DNA of 64,000 nt from an archaeon (GTDB lineage: Archaea; Hydrothermarchaeota; Hydrothermarchaeia; JALTZZ01). Location: contig JALTZZ010000035.1 in assembly GCA_027051165.1 (NCBI GenBank), positions 4,870 through 68,869 of the forward strand, written 5' to 3'. Shown one piece after another: positions 17,258 to 27,423 of the stretch (positions within the stretch are counted from its first letter, which is position 1; the number at the start of each line of letters is the position of its first letter). The notes beneath the pieces are model-generated. The model saw nothing but the letters and a program-made list of their open reading frames with translations. It was not told where the DNA came from and did no database searches. Made by a program: the position numbers and the translations under genes.

Positions 17258-20200
17258 CTAAAGCTCGCATATCTCTCCTCTCGCACAGCCGCCAGAGTAT
17301 TCTGAGCTTACCTTTACATGCTCCCCAACGTATAGCACTTGCTTGCTCTTGCTTCCATATCTATAAACCGTTATTCCCTTGCACCTTAGCTTATAGGCAA
17401 GCAGAAATACCTTTCTAACATCCTCTAAGGTTGCGTTGTGCGGAAGATTTACTGTTTTAGCCACTGCATTATCTGTATACTTCTGAAAAGCCGCCTGCAT
17501 TCTTACGTGCCACTCCGGCTCTATATCGAGGGCGGTTACAAAGAGTCTTTTGACATCTCTTGGCACTCCATCTACGTTCTGCACAGAACCTACCTTGGCT
17601 ATCTTTGTTATAAGCTCCTTACTGTAAAATCCTCTCTTTTTAGCGATCTCCTCAAAAACTCTATTAACCTCAACGAGCCTAACTCCCTCTAAAACCTCTC
17701 TAACGTAGGCTACTGCAAACAGAGGCTCTATACCGCTTGTGGTTCCAGCTATTATGCTTATTGTTCCGGTAGGTGCTATTGTTGTTACTGTTGCATTTCT
17801 TAGAGCATCGTATCTGCCTTTATATATGCTCTTCTCAAATGCTGGAAATACTCCTCTTTCAAGTGCAAGCTCTCTCGAAACTTCTTTCGCAGTCTCGTTT
17901 ATAAACTTCATAACCCTTTCAGCCGTCTTGAGGGCTTCATCGCTGTCATAGGGTATTTCAAGCTTTATAAGCATCTCCGCAAAGCCCATTACTCCCAAAC
18001 CTATTTTTCTCGTTCTCTTTGTAGCCTCTTCTATCTCCTTCAGTGGATATCTGTTTACGTCTATAACGTTGTCCAAGAACCTTGTTGCAATTCTTACAAC
18101 CTCTCCGAGCCTCTCAAAATCTATTTCGTTGTTTTTAACGAACTTACTCAGATTTATTGACCCCAAATTACAGCTTTCATAAGGTAGCAGAGGAACCTCA
18201 CCACATGGATTTGTAGCCTCTATTGAGCCAAGCTCTGGCGTTGGATTGTGCCTGTTTATCTCATCGAGGAATATTATACCGGGATCTCCGCTTCTCCATG
18301 CGTTTGCAACCATGAGATCGAAAACGTCCCTTGCGTTTATCGTTCCAACAGCTTCGTTTGTTCTCGGATTTATAAGCTCGTAGTCTTCGCCTTTAATTGC
18401 CTTCTCCATGAACTCATCGGTAACAGCTACAGAAATGTTAAAGTTTTCAAAAACTCCCTCACGCTCTTTGCACGTTATGAATTCAAGGATATCTGGGTGA
18501 TTGTAGTTTAGTATTCCCATGTTTGCTCCTCTTCTCTTGCCACCTTGCTTTATAACATCCGTGGCAACATCGAATATTCGCATGAACGAAACGGGACCGC
18601 TGTTTGATGTATATACCCCGTTTCCAGAGAGTAGATGAACATCTCTAATCTCAAGGTCATAAACTTTTTTTCTTCCAATTTTTTCTATTTTAACAATTTT
18701 GTTTGGGTATAGCTTAGATAAAAGCTTAAAGTATTCTATCTCGCTTGAGTTTAGGTTTAATTTATCCTTTAGCTTTATTATTTTGTTTATGAATTCTCTA
18801 TGGGTTACCCTTGAATTATAGGAGAGTATTTTTAAATCTCTCTGCAGTTTCGCTCTAACTTTTTCATTTTCTATCTTATACATCACGTTAAATGGAAAAG
18901 AATACTTCTTGTTTTTACCCCTTTTTTCTAAATATTTTAAAGCCTTTTCAGCAATTCTTGATATTTTTACAGATTCCTTTAACTCCCTAAAAGCCTTTAT
19001 TTTCATGTCTTTTGTCTGAATTCTAAGAGAATAAACAGTTTTCCTCCTATTTTTTGGCTTATATATTTGAATGCTCGAAACAATTCCAAGAGCCAAGAGG
19101 AGAATCTGTAGATCCTTTATAAATTGCTCTGAGACGGATTTAAATACGATTCTGTAATTGTTATCAAAGCTCCCGTCCCCGTCGAAGAATCCAGATATGA
19201 AAGCTGATACAACTTCTGGCTTGCTTCTAAATATATGCTCTGGAACATATATTCTATCTGATTCTTTTTTTATTAATCCATTTTTTTCGAGAAATCTCAC
19301 AACCTTTGTTGATGGGATTACAAGGGTCGTTCTATTTCCATATGCATACTCTCTAACCTTTACGCCAAAAATCTCCTGAGATATTGACCTAACTTTCTCC
19401 TTTATGTCGTGCTCATTCTCGTTATTAAGATAAATTTCTATCCTTGCACATTTAACAGTTTTTCTTCCATTTCTATTGTATCCATATTTATATGAGATGT
19501 GTCCATCTGCATACAAAATTCCAAGTAAGTATGCGAGCTTTTCGTCGAGAACATTTGGTAGTTTGGCTTTGCTTCTGCTCTTAATTCTTGTGTTAAGCTC
19601 TACGTAATCTGTGGAGTATTTGTCCGGTATAAGTAGATATACATAGTCACCTACTTTAAGCTCTTTTAAAGGTTTTAAGTAAGGATTTCCATTTCTATCA
19701 AAGACAAAGAATTTATGATCCTCACTGACTTTTACTTCGTATCCGTCCTCAAGAACTACTCTGAATATCTCAAGTTCTCCGCTGTATCTGTTTAAAATAG
19801 GTTTATATCCTCTGTGAGTTGCAACTGATGTAAGGCTTTTGTTTTCAACAAGCTCCTTTATCTTTACAAAACCTTTGTTTGTCAAAATTCTTGTATCTCC
19901 AGAAAAGCATGCTATTCCTTTGGTGCTTTTAACAACGTCACCCTTTGGTCTTATCTTGCTGAAGTTGAATCCTGTTCCACCCCCAGCTTTATGTATTAGA
20001 GCTGTATATTTTATAGTATCGAATATACTCTCTAAACTGTCCTCTATTGGCAGAACGAAGCATGCACTGAGAACACCTAAGTCTGTGCCAGCGTTCATAA
20101 GCGTTGGTGAGTTCGGCAGAAACTCAAGGTTTGTCATTACCCTTAAAAACAGATTTTCCCATTTATCCCTCTCTTTTTCAATGCTTGCAATGGCTCTTGC

Positions 20201-20623
20201 AACCCTCTTAAACATTTGCAAAGGGGTTTCTATGATGTTTCCTTTTTCATCTCTTAAAAGATACCTACGCCTCAAAACTTCTATAGCATTTACTGTAAGC
20301 TTCAGTTCATCTTTATGAACGCCTAAGAACTTTTTTGCCTCTCTTATCTTTTCTCTTTCCTTTCTGTATAAAATATAAGCCTTAGCTACCTTTGCGTAGC
20401 CGTGCTTTATCAAAACTTCCTCAACGATATCTTGAACATCTTCTACATGTGGAATTCCCTTTATTCTTTCCTCCAATATTTTTACAACTTCATCTGCAAG
20501 TTTCTCAGCAACACTACCGTCTTTTTCTCCAGTTGCTATAAATGCTTTTAAAATTGCATTCTTTATTTTAGTCTTATCAAAGTCCTGTGTTGTGCCGTCT
20601 CTCTTTATAATCTTTTTTATCAT
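17258..20623 (-). CDS. nrdJ: Class II (B12-dependent) ribonucleotide reductase with ATP cone; intein-containing
   Basis: ATP cone, PNSPTLMNAG, SACFV, NPCGE, TIAPTGT motifs and C-terminal Cys pair. Confidence 0.95.
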   Translation of the reverse strand: MIKKIIKRDGTTQDFDKTKIKNAILKAFIATGEKDGSVAEKLADEVVKILEERIKGIPHVEDVQDIVEEVLIKHGYAKVAKAYILYRKEREKIREAKKFLGVHKDELKLTVNAIEVLRRRYLLRDEKGNIIETPLQMFKRVARAIASIEKERDKWENLFLRVMTNLEFLPNSPTLMNAGTDLGVLSACFVLPIEDSLESIFDTIKYTALIHKAGGGTGFNFSKIRPKGDVVKSTKGIACFSGDTRILTNKGFVKIKELVENKSLTSVATHRGYKPILNRYSGELEIFRVVLEDGYEVKVSEDHKFFVFDRNGNPYLKPLKELKVGDYVYLLIPDKYSTDYVELNTRIKSRSKAKLPNVLDEKLAYLLGILYADGHISYKYGYNRNGRKTVKCARIEIYLNNENEHDIKEKVRSISQEIFGVKVREYAYGNRTTLVIPSTKVVRFLEKNGLIKKESDRIYVPEHIFRSKPEVVSAFISGFFDGDGSFDNNYRIVFKSVSEQFIKDLQILLLALGIVSSIQIYKPKNRRKTVYSLRIQTKDMKIKAFRELKESVKISRIAEKALKYLEKRGKNKKYSFPFNVMYKIENEKVRAKLQRDLKILSYNSRVTHREFINKIIKLKDKLNLNSSEIEYFKLLSKLYPNKIVKIEKIGRKKVYDLEIRDVHLLSGNGVYTSNSGPVSFMRIFDVATDVIKQGGKRRGANMGILNYNHPDILEFITCKEREGVFENFNISVAVTDEFMEKAIKGEDYELINPRTNEAVGTINARDVFDLMVANAWRSGDPGIIFLDEINRHNPTPELGSIEATNPCGEVPLLPYESCNLGSINLSKFVKNNEIDFERLGEVVRIATRFLDNVIDVNRYPLKEIEEATKRTRKIGLGVMGFAEMLIKLEIPYDSDEALKTAERVMKFINETAKEVSRELALERGVFPAFEKSIYKGRYDALRNATVTTIAPTGTISIIAGTTSGIEPLFAVAYVREVLEGVRLVEVNRVFEEIAKKRGFYSKELITKIAKVGSVQNVDGVPRDVKRLFVTALDIEPEWHVRMQAAFQKYTDNAVAKTVNLPHNATLEDVRKVFLLAYKLRCKGITVYRYGSKSKQVLYVGEHVKVSSEYSGGCARGEICEL
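18602..19909 (-). mobile_element. Intein (436 aa) with LAGLIDADG homing endonuclease in RNR
   Basis: KGIA|CFSGDT...GVYTSN|SGPVSF; LLGILYADG and FISGFFDGDG motifs. Confidence 0.93.
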
Positions 20624-20626
20624 CTA

Positions 20627-21295
20627 TCATTCTCCTTCAACATCAACAATTTCAACAATTTCACTTTTCCTCAAAAATCTCCTTTTAACCCTAAGAATTA
20701 CCTTGTCTCCTACCTTTATCCCTATATTTGGTCTTTTTATATAATAAATGCCCGGCTTAACTCCAGCACATATATCATAGTGAACCTTGACTTTTACGCT
20801 GTTGTTTACCTCTAAAACCTCTCCAAGCGTATAATCTCTGTAATACCTTGTAAAGTAGAGGAACGCCAGAACTGTGAGTAGAATAGCTATTACTGTGTAT
20901 AAAATTATGTTTATTCCTTTCGCTGAGATGAGAAAGGCAATTATTCCTATGTATATAATATAAATGTCTCTATACGGCTTATAGTCGGTAAACCTCCTTA
21001 TAGAGTTTATAGTAAGCATTCCATAGACAGATGCAACAAGCTCAAGCAGAACAACGGCTTTCTTAGAATGCAGAATGTTGGCTATGTAGAGAAAAACGAT
21101 GGATATCATAAATATTATTGTTAGTTGATATTTTAAAATTAAATAATCAACAAAATCCACCTTCTTTTCAAAAAATCTGTAGAGACTTATCCCTCTGGAC
21201 TTCTTCAATATTAATATTATAAATGTTATAAGATAGTATATAAATTTTTTAAACATCCTTATTGAGACACTGCCTATTCTCTCGTAAATGCTCAT
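20627..21295 (-). CDS. DUF2101-like membrane protein
   Basis: Several TM segments then YRDYTLGEV..YDI.AGVKPG. Confidence 0.65.
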   Translation of the reverse strand: MSIYERIGSVSIRMFKKFIYYLITFIILILKKSRGISLYRFFEKKVDFVDYLILKYQLTIIFMISIVFLYIANILHSKKAVVLLELVASVYGMLTINSIRRFTDYKPYRDIYIIYIGIIAFLISAKGINIILYTVIAILLTVLAFLYFTRYYRDYTLGEVLEVNNSVKVKVHYDICAGVKPGIYYIKRPNIGIKVGDKVILRVKRRFLRKSEIVEIVDVEGE

Positions 21296-21369
21296 ATGTT
21301 GTGAGTGATGGTTTTAAAAATTTAAAATTTTTGTTTTATTTCAAAGTTTGGTTAAACAAAAAACAAAAA

Positions 21370-22767
21370 TTAAAGACCTTTTACAAAGGATTCTGCAGCT
21401 TTCTGAAGGTAGTTTACTATTTCGCTTGGATACAAGCCTATTACTATAACAAGGATCACTGCAATTATTAGAGCAAGGGTAACGCTTAGAGGCTCGTTTA
21501 TTTTTGTCTCATTCTCAGCTTTTGCCCAATACATGTAGCTTATTATTCTGCCGTAGTAGAATATTGATATCGCACTGTTTACTACAAGAAGAACTGCTAA
21601 TACGTATCCCACGCTACCACCAGCGTATATCGCTGAAAGCAGTATGTAGAATTTGCTTAAAAATCCCGCAAGCGGTGGAACTCCAATTAAGGATAGCAAC
21701 AGTATTGTAAGCATTAGTGCGGTTATAGGTGCTTTTTTGCTAAGCCCCTTGTAATCTTCTATGTTTTCTCCAGCAACTATTCCAGCTATAAAGGCACCAG
21801 CCTTCATTACCGCATGCACGAGTATGTGTAGTAACGCCGCCGCAATCGCAAATATTGCAACTTTCGTGTTTAAGAGGGCTAAGGCTATTATTATGTAGCC
21901 AGCATGTCCTATGCTTGAGTATGCAAGCATACGCTTTATATTTGTTTGAGAGAGAGCTACGATATTTCCATACGTCATTGTAAGGGCTGCAAGTATTGCA
22001 AATGCAAGTGCCCAGTAGTTCGCTATTGGTGAAAGAGCTATATAGAATATTCTTAGAACCGCAAGAAAGCCCATCTTCTTGCTTGCACTCGATAGAAATG
22101 CACTAATCGGTGTTGGCGATCCCTGATATACATCTGGTGCCCATGCGTGGAATGGAAATGCTGCCATTTTAAATGCAAATCCAGCAACCAAGAAGAGGGA
22201 TGCGAGAATGCTCACCGTGTTGAGCTCAAGCCTGTTTATCATCTCGTATATGTTTGTAGTTCCCGTTAGTCCATACAGTAGCGACATTCCAAAGACTATT
22301 AAGCCAGAGGATACCACCGCAAATACGAAATACTTCATAGCCGCTTCGCTCGTCTGCTTATCTCTAAAGAAGCCTGCAAGAATAAAGCTTGGTATCGTTG
22401 CAAGTTCAAGGGCAACATACAGCATTAGGAGGTCTATGGAGCTCGCTAAGAGAAGCATGCCCATTAGGCTCATCAGCAACAGAGAGTAGTATTCCCCTTC
22501 CCTCTTGTTTATATCCTTCAGTGAGCTCAGTATTACAAGAAAGGCAACCGTTAGGAATACAGCCTTAAAAACTATTGCAAAATCGTCTACTGCATATATT
22601 CCCCATGCAGTCATTCTTGGAAGCTTGAATAGAGATACAAATGCAAGAGCTACTGCTAAGAGGCTTAAATATCCAAGAATCTTTCTCTGAGTTACTGTAT
22701 AGTTGAGGAGTATTATTAGGCTCGCAAACGCTCCAATAATTATTTCAGGAACTATATATCCCACCAT
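21370..22767 (-). CDS. nuoN: Complex I-like subunit N
   Basis: EAAMKYF, FK....PFH.WAPDVYQG, KRMLAYSSIGHAGY. Confidence 0.92.
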   Translation of the reverse strand: MVGYIVPEIIIGAFASLIILLNYTVTQRKILGYLSLLAVALAFVSLFKLPRMTAWGIYAVDDFAIVFKAVFLTVAFLVILSSLKDINKREGEYYSLLLMSLMGMLLLASSIDLLMLYVALELATIPSFILAGFFRDKQTSEAAMKYFVFAVVSSGLIVFGMSLLYGLTGTTNIYEMINRLELNTVSILASLFLVAGFAFKMAAFPFHAWAPDVYQGSPTPISAFLSSASKKMGFLAVLRIFYIALSPIANYWALAFAILAALTMTYGNIVALSQTNIKRMLAYSSIGHAGYIIIALALLNTKVAIFAIAAALLHILVHAVMKAGAFIAGIVAGENIEDYKGLSKKAPITALMLTILLLSLIGVPPLAGFLSKFYILLSAIYAGGSVGYVLAVLLVVNSAISIFYYGRIISYMYWAKAENETKINEPLSVTLALIIAVILVIVIGLYPSEIVNYLQKAAESFVKGL

Positions 22768-22773
22768 CCTTGA

Positions 22774-24249
22774 TCACCTCGCAAGCAGCTTTTCGCTTGC
22801 TTGACTAATAATTTCCACAGCATGGAACGGATAAAGCCCAAGGAAAGCTATAAGGATTATCAGCACAGCTAATGCAACTGCTTCGCTTGATGTAAGCACC
22901 TCTTTAACCTTCTTTACCCTATCGTTTGGAGAGTTGAATATTGCCCTCTGAAGCATGAAGGAGTAGTATCCAGTTGTCAGTCCTATCGAAAGTGCTGCAA
23001 GGACAAGAACCCATAGAGGCATTATTCCCATTTTTACAGCGTTGTATAAGCCGAAGAGTATGAGGAGCTCTGCTACGAAACCGCTTAAGCCGGGCAAGCC
23101 AATGCTCGCCATGCTTGCATACACCATGCTCCATCCAACTTTTGGCATGCTCCTTGCAACTCCGCTGAGCTGTGATATGAGCCTCGTTTTTAAGTGCTGG
23201 TTCATTATACCGCATGCTAAGAAGAGCATCGCCACTATAAGCCCATGGCTCACCATCTGGAATATTGCACCGTTGAGCCCTGTTAGATTGAAGCTGAGCA
23301 AGCCGAGGAGAACGAAGCCCATGTGGCTGACGCTTGAATAAGCTATGAGCTTCTTTATATCATCCTGAGCCAGAGCTAAGAACCCAGCATAGAATATGCT
23401 GAGCAAGCCGAGGAGTGCTAAGGGATACGAATAAAGCTGGAAGAAGTCTTCAAAGAAGCTGAATGCCAATCTTATTAAACCGTAAGCTCCCATCTTTGAG
23501 ACCAGCGCTGCCAGTATAAGCGTTACTGGTGAAGGTGCCTGTGTGTATGCATGAGGTAGCCATGTGTGGAATGGAACAAATGGTATCTTGAATGCAAACC
23601 CTATGAACAGCAGCAAAAATACAAGCTTTGCCTCTTCGATGCTTAAACTGAGCGTCTTTTCAATCGCAATTATATTCGTTGTGTTCGTTGCAAACAGTAG
23701 CTTTAGAAAGCCAATCAGCATGAACAGACTTCCTACATGGGTGTATATAAAGAACTTCATTGCAGCATAGGTTTTCTCTTTACCCCCCCATATTCCTATT
23801 AAGAAGAATCCGGGTATTAGAACGAATTCCCAGAATACATAGAAGAAGAATAGATCAAGGCTCTCGTATATCCCTATGAGACCCATTTCCATTAGCAACA
23901 TTAGTGCATAGTATTCTGGAAGTCTGTATGTTATTCTATTCCAAGATGCAAGAATTGCAACCACGAATAAAACTGTTGTTAGCAGTATCATTGGCAGGCT
24001 TAAGCCATCTACGCCAAGACTGAACGTTATCTCCTTGTCAAATATTGTTAGCCACTTGTAGTTTACGCTCGGATAAAGGGACTCTGGATTGCTCATAAAC
24101 ATTGGTATGAGCGGAATGCTTGCAAGCAGTGTTAAAAGCGAAAATAGGAGTGCAATATGCTTTGCAGACTCCTCATTGCCCTTTCCAAACACATAGGTCA
24201 ATACCGCACCTATTAGCGGCAACAGTATAAGCATTGTTAGAGGCTCCAT
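22774..24249 (-). CDS. nuoM: Complex I-like subunit M
   Basis: FYVFWE, PFHTWLP.A, AYSSVSHMG, LPGLSGFVAE. Confidence 0.92.
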   Translation of the reverse strand: MEPLTMLILLPLIGAVLTYVFGKGNEESAKHIALLFSLLTLLASIPLIPMFMSNPESLYPSVNYKWLTIFDKEITFSLGVDGLSLPMILLTTVLFVVAILASWNRITYRLPEYYALMLLMEMGLIGIYESLDLFFFYVFWEFVLIPGFFLIGIWGGKEKTYAAMKFFIYTHVGSLFMLIGFLKLLFATNTTNIIAIEKTLSLSIEEAKLVFLLLFIGFAFKIPFVPFHTWLPHAYTQAPSPVTLILAALVSKMGAYGLIRLAFSFFEDFFQLYSYPLALLGLLSIFYAGFLALAQDDIKKLIAYSSVSHMGFVLLGLLSFNLTGLNGAIFQMVSHGLIVAMLFLACGIMNQHLKTRLISQLSGVARSMPKVGWSMVYASMASIGLPGLSGFVAELLILFGLYNAVKMGIMPLWVLVLAALSIGLTTGYYSFMLQRAIFNSPNDRVKKVKEVLTSSEAVALAVLIILIAFLGLYPFHAVEIISQASEKLLAR

Positions 24250-24262
24250 TGCTTTCTACCCC

Positions 24263-26164
24263 CTAAATTGAGAGTATTATTAACAGAACACTTAATCCAA
24301 GGAATATCAGCGTAACATAATCCTGAATTTTACCTGTCTGAAGTTTCTTTATCACATCACCAAACATCAGTGTTACCTTTGCAATTCCGTCAACGATGTA
24401 TTTGTCGTATAACCTTTCAAGAACGTCAAGCAGAAGACTGAATACATAGACAATTCTCTCAGCGAAGTAGTTGTATGCATGGTCAAAGTAATACTTGTTG
24501 TTCACAAGCGTGTGTATAGGCTTGAATGTCCTTACTATCGTTTCACTCGAAACAACTTTTAGATAATAAACCGCAAAGACTGTTAGGAATGAAATCACAG
24601 CTATAATTGCAGAGATTACTGCTATTTTTTCATGCTCGTCTTCTGTGAGATGGGGCAGATGATAGGGCGCATATTCTCCCACCCAATCGCTTACAACTTC
24701 GTCGTAGCCAAACAGCTTAACCGTCGGGACTATAAACGAGCAAGCTGCAAGCACTATAAGCGGGACTGTCATTATTGCCGGAGACTCGTGAGCATGCTCT
24801 GCTTCCTTGCTTTTAGGCTTTCCAAGGAAGACTATGAAATACCATCTGAACAGATAAGCCACGCTCAGAAAGGCTGTTACCATTGTAAGGTAGTATAGAT
24901 AAATATATGCTGGCTCATGCATCGCACTCGCCTTTATTGCTGCGAGGATTTCATCTTTGCTCCAGAATCCGCCAAAGGGCGGAAGTCCGCTTAAACTCAC
25001 TATTGCAACAAGAGCTGTTATTGCAGTTATTGGCATCTTCTTCCACAAGCCGCCAAGCTTCCTTATGTCAATGCTTCTCGCATGAACAGCATGAAGAACG
25101 CTTCCGGTTGCAAGGAAGAGTAGAGCTTTAAACATTGAATGGTTTATAAGGTGATACATCCCCGCAGCTATGCTTCCAGAGCCAAGTGCAAGTGCAATAA
25201 AGCCAAGGTGACTCATCGTTGAATATGCAACTATACGCTTTATATCAATTCTAACCAAGCCCATGCTTGCAGCCATAAATGCTGTTATTGCTCCAATGTA
25301 GGCTACAACGAGCATTGCTGTGTCTGAGAGAACGTAGAGCGGATACATCCTTGCAACCATGTAGACACCAGCCTTTACCATCGTTACTGCATGTATGAGT
25401 GCACTAACCGTGGTTGGACCTTCCATAGCATCTGGAAGCCACACGTGCAGAGGCACTTGAGAGCTCTTACCCATAGCCCCTATAAAGAGTAACAGCGAAA
25501 CAATGGTTATCTGCTCTTCCGTAAGCTCTTTTGGTGCCCTTTCAAAGATTTCAACAATATCAAGTGTATGTAGCCAGTTGTATAGGAGAACGAGCCCGAG
25601 CATGAAGCCTATGTCTGCAACCCTCGTAACAATTATTGCCTTCTTCGCTGCACTTGCTGCGGTGCTATACTTATACCAGTATCCTATGAGGAGATATGAA
25701 CATAGACCTACAAGCTCCCATGCTATGAACAGCAACAGGATGTTTCTCGATATAACAAGCAAGAGCATGCTTGATATGAATAGGCTCATCTCTGCATAGT
25801 ATCTGTGCACGGTCTCATCGCCGTGCATATAGCCGAGGCTGTATATCATTATAATGAGGCTTCCAAAGGCTACTACAAAGAGCATTACCGCTGCAAGCTT
25901 ATCTATAAGCAATCCAAACTTAAATATCTCTTCTGCAAACCCTACACTCTCCTTGCTTATCCATGTAATACCGTTTTCATATGTAAGCTCTTTTCCACTG
26001 AGAACCTCTATAATTACAAATACTGAAAGTATGAAAGACAATGCAGTAAACAAAACCGCCACTATGCCACTTCTTTCACCCCATCTACTTCCAAACAGCG
26101 TTATAAGAACAAAAGCTACTGCTGGAAATGTTGGTATGAGCCATGCATACTCCAGAGCACTCAT
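24263..26164 (-). CDS. nuoL: Complex I-like subunit L
   Basis: WELVGLCSYLLIG, GKSSQVPLHVWLPDAMEGPT, GFWSKD. Confidence 0.94.
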   Translation of the reverse strand: MSALEYAWLIPTFPAVAFVLITLFGSRWGERSGIVAVLFTALSFILSVFVIIEVLSGKELTYENGITWISKESVGFAEEIFKFGLLIDKLAAVMLFVVAFGSLIIMIYSLGYMHGDETVHRYYAEMSLFISSMLLLVISRNILLLFIAWELVGLCSYLLIGYWYKYSTAASAAKKAIIVTRVADIGFMLGLVLLYNWLHTLDIVEIFERAPKELTEEQITIVSLLLFIGAMGKSSQVPLHVWLPDAMEGPTTVSALIHAVTMVKAGVYMVARMYPLYVLSDTAMLVVAYIGAITAFMAASMGLVRIDIKRIVAYSTMSHLGFIALALGSGSIAAGMYHLINHSMFKALLFLATGSVLHAVHARSIDIRKLGGLWKKMPITAITALVAIVSLSGLPPFGGFWSKDEILAAIKASAMHEPAYIYLYYLTMVTAFLSVAYLFRWYFIVFLGKPKSKEAEHAHESPAIMTVPLIVLAACSFIVPTVKLFGYDEVVSDWVGEYAPYHLPHLTEDEHEKIAVISAIIAVISFLTVFAVYYLKVVSSETIVRTFKPIHTLVNNKYYFDHAYNYFAERIVYVFSLLLDVLERLYDKYIVDGIAKVTLMFGDVIKKLQTGKIQDYVTLIFLGLSVLLIILSI

Positions 26165-26165
26165 T

Positions 26166-26468
26166 TTACCACCTCATCTCCTTTATTTTACCAACGTTGA
26201 GCGTTAGATAATTTCTATATATCATCATTACAATTGCAAGACCCACCGCAGCTTCTGCAGCCGCTATTATTATTGTAAACAGCACAAAGACGTTCCCTGT
26301 TATATCACCCATGTATCTGGAGAATGCTATAAAATTCAAATTTGCAGAGTTAAGCAGTATTTCAACACCCATAAGTATCCTTATCATGTTTCTTGTCGTC
26401 AGTATCCCGAACACGCCTATTGAGAAGAGTATGAGCGAGAGCATAATATAGCTTGACAGCGGAACCAT
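26166..26468 (-). CDS. nuoK: Complex I-like subunit K
   Basis: EILLN, AAAEAAVGLA. Confidence 0.93.
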   Translation of the reverse strand: MVPLSSYIMLSLILFSIGVFGILTTRNMIRILMGVEILLNSANLNFIAFSRYMGDITGNVFVLFTIIIAAAEAAVGLAIVMMIYRNYLTLNVGKIKEMRW

Positions 26469-26475
26469 ACCCCTT

Positions 26476-26958
26476 TCACCCCCTCCTCCTTGCTAAATAT
26501 ATGGCACCTATCATCGCTGCAAGTAAAAGAAAGCTCGCTGCTTCAAATGGTATTACATACGTCTGGAAGAGCTTTGTCCCAACGCTCGCACCAGTTGCAG
26601 AGAACTCTTTTTCTGGCACGTATTTTTCCCATGTATGCTTCGCTAAGTAAAAGAGCGATAGAACGACAAACGCTATAAGGGCAACAGCTCTCGATGTCGT
26701 TACCTCAGATACCGATGGCTCTCTTTCCTTTGTAAGCATTATTGCGAAGAGTATTAACACAAGAACGCCACCAGCATATACAAGTATCTGGACTGCGGCT
26801 ATAAACTCTGCGTTCAGCATTGCAAAGAACATAGCCATTGTGACCAAGAGTAGACTTAAGGAAAGTGCACCCCTAAATATATTCTTCGATAAAAACACAA
26901 ATAAACTTGAAACAACGGCTATAACGCTGAGGATTAAAAACATTATTAAATCTTTCAT
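26476..26958 (-). CDS. nuoJ: Complex I-like subunit J
   Basis: QILVYAGG, PFEAASFLLLAAMIGA. Confidence 0.92.
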   Translation of the reverse strand: MKDLIMFLILSVIAVVSSLFVFLSKNIFRGALSLSLLLVTMAMFFAMLNAEFIAAVQILVYAGGVLVLILFAIMLTKEREPSVSEVTTSRAVALIAFVVLSLFYLAKHTWEKYVPEKEFSATGASVGTKLFQTYVIPFEAASFLLLAAMIGAIYLARRRG

Positions 26959-27423
26959 TTATACCTCCTCCCTTGTTTTTGCAAGATCTTCATATGTTTT
27001 TAAAAGTTCTTCCCTTGTATAACCAGCCATTTCATAATTTCTCGTAAGCTTAATTGCTTTTGTTGGACAGTTCTCCTCGCAGAGACCGCAGAACATGCAT
27101 CTACCAAGATAAACATTTGGATGCTTCTTTGGTTTTTTAACAACCTTGCCGCTCTTTAGTTTTGTTTCTATAACACCAGCGGTGACCATCTCTATAGTTT
27201 TGTTTGGACATACCCTTGCACATGTGCCGCAGCCTATACATTTGTTTAAATCAAGCTTGTGCATGCCTATGGAATGACTTGGTAAAGTAAGCCTCTCCTC
27301 CGGATACTGAACGGTAATTGGCTTTATAAATAAATGCCTAAATGTAATGGAGAGGGGTATTATGTGCAGAACTCTTATAATTTTTCTTAATACACCCATA
27401 TCTTCTTCACCCCACCACAGCAA
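26959..27423 (-). CDS. nuoI: Complex I-like subunit I (2x[4Fe-4S]); likely start ~27399
   Basis: T.QYPEE, CIGCGTCARVCP, CMFCGLCEENCP. Confidence 0.92.
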   Translation of the reverse strand: MLWWGEEDMGVLRKIIRVLHIIPLSITFRHLFIKPITVQYPEERLTLPSHSIGMHKLDLNKCIGCGTCARVCPNKTIEMVTAGVIETKLKSGKVVKKPKKHPNVYLGRCMFCGLCEENCPTKAIKLTRNYEMAGYTREELLKTYEDLAKTREEV

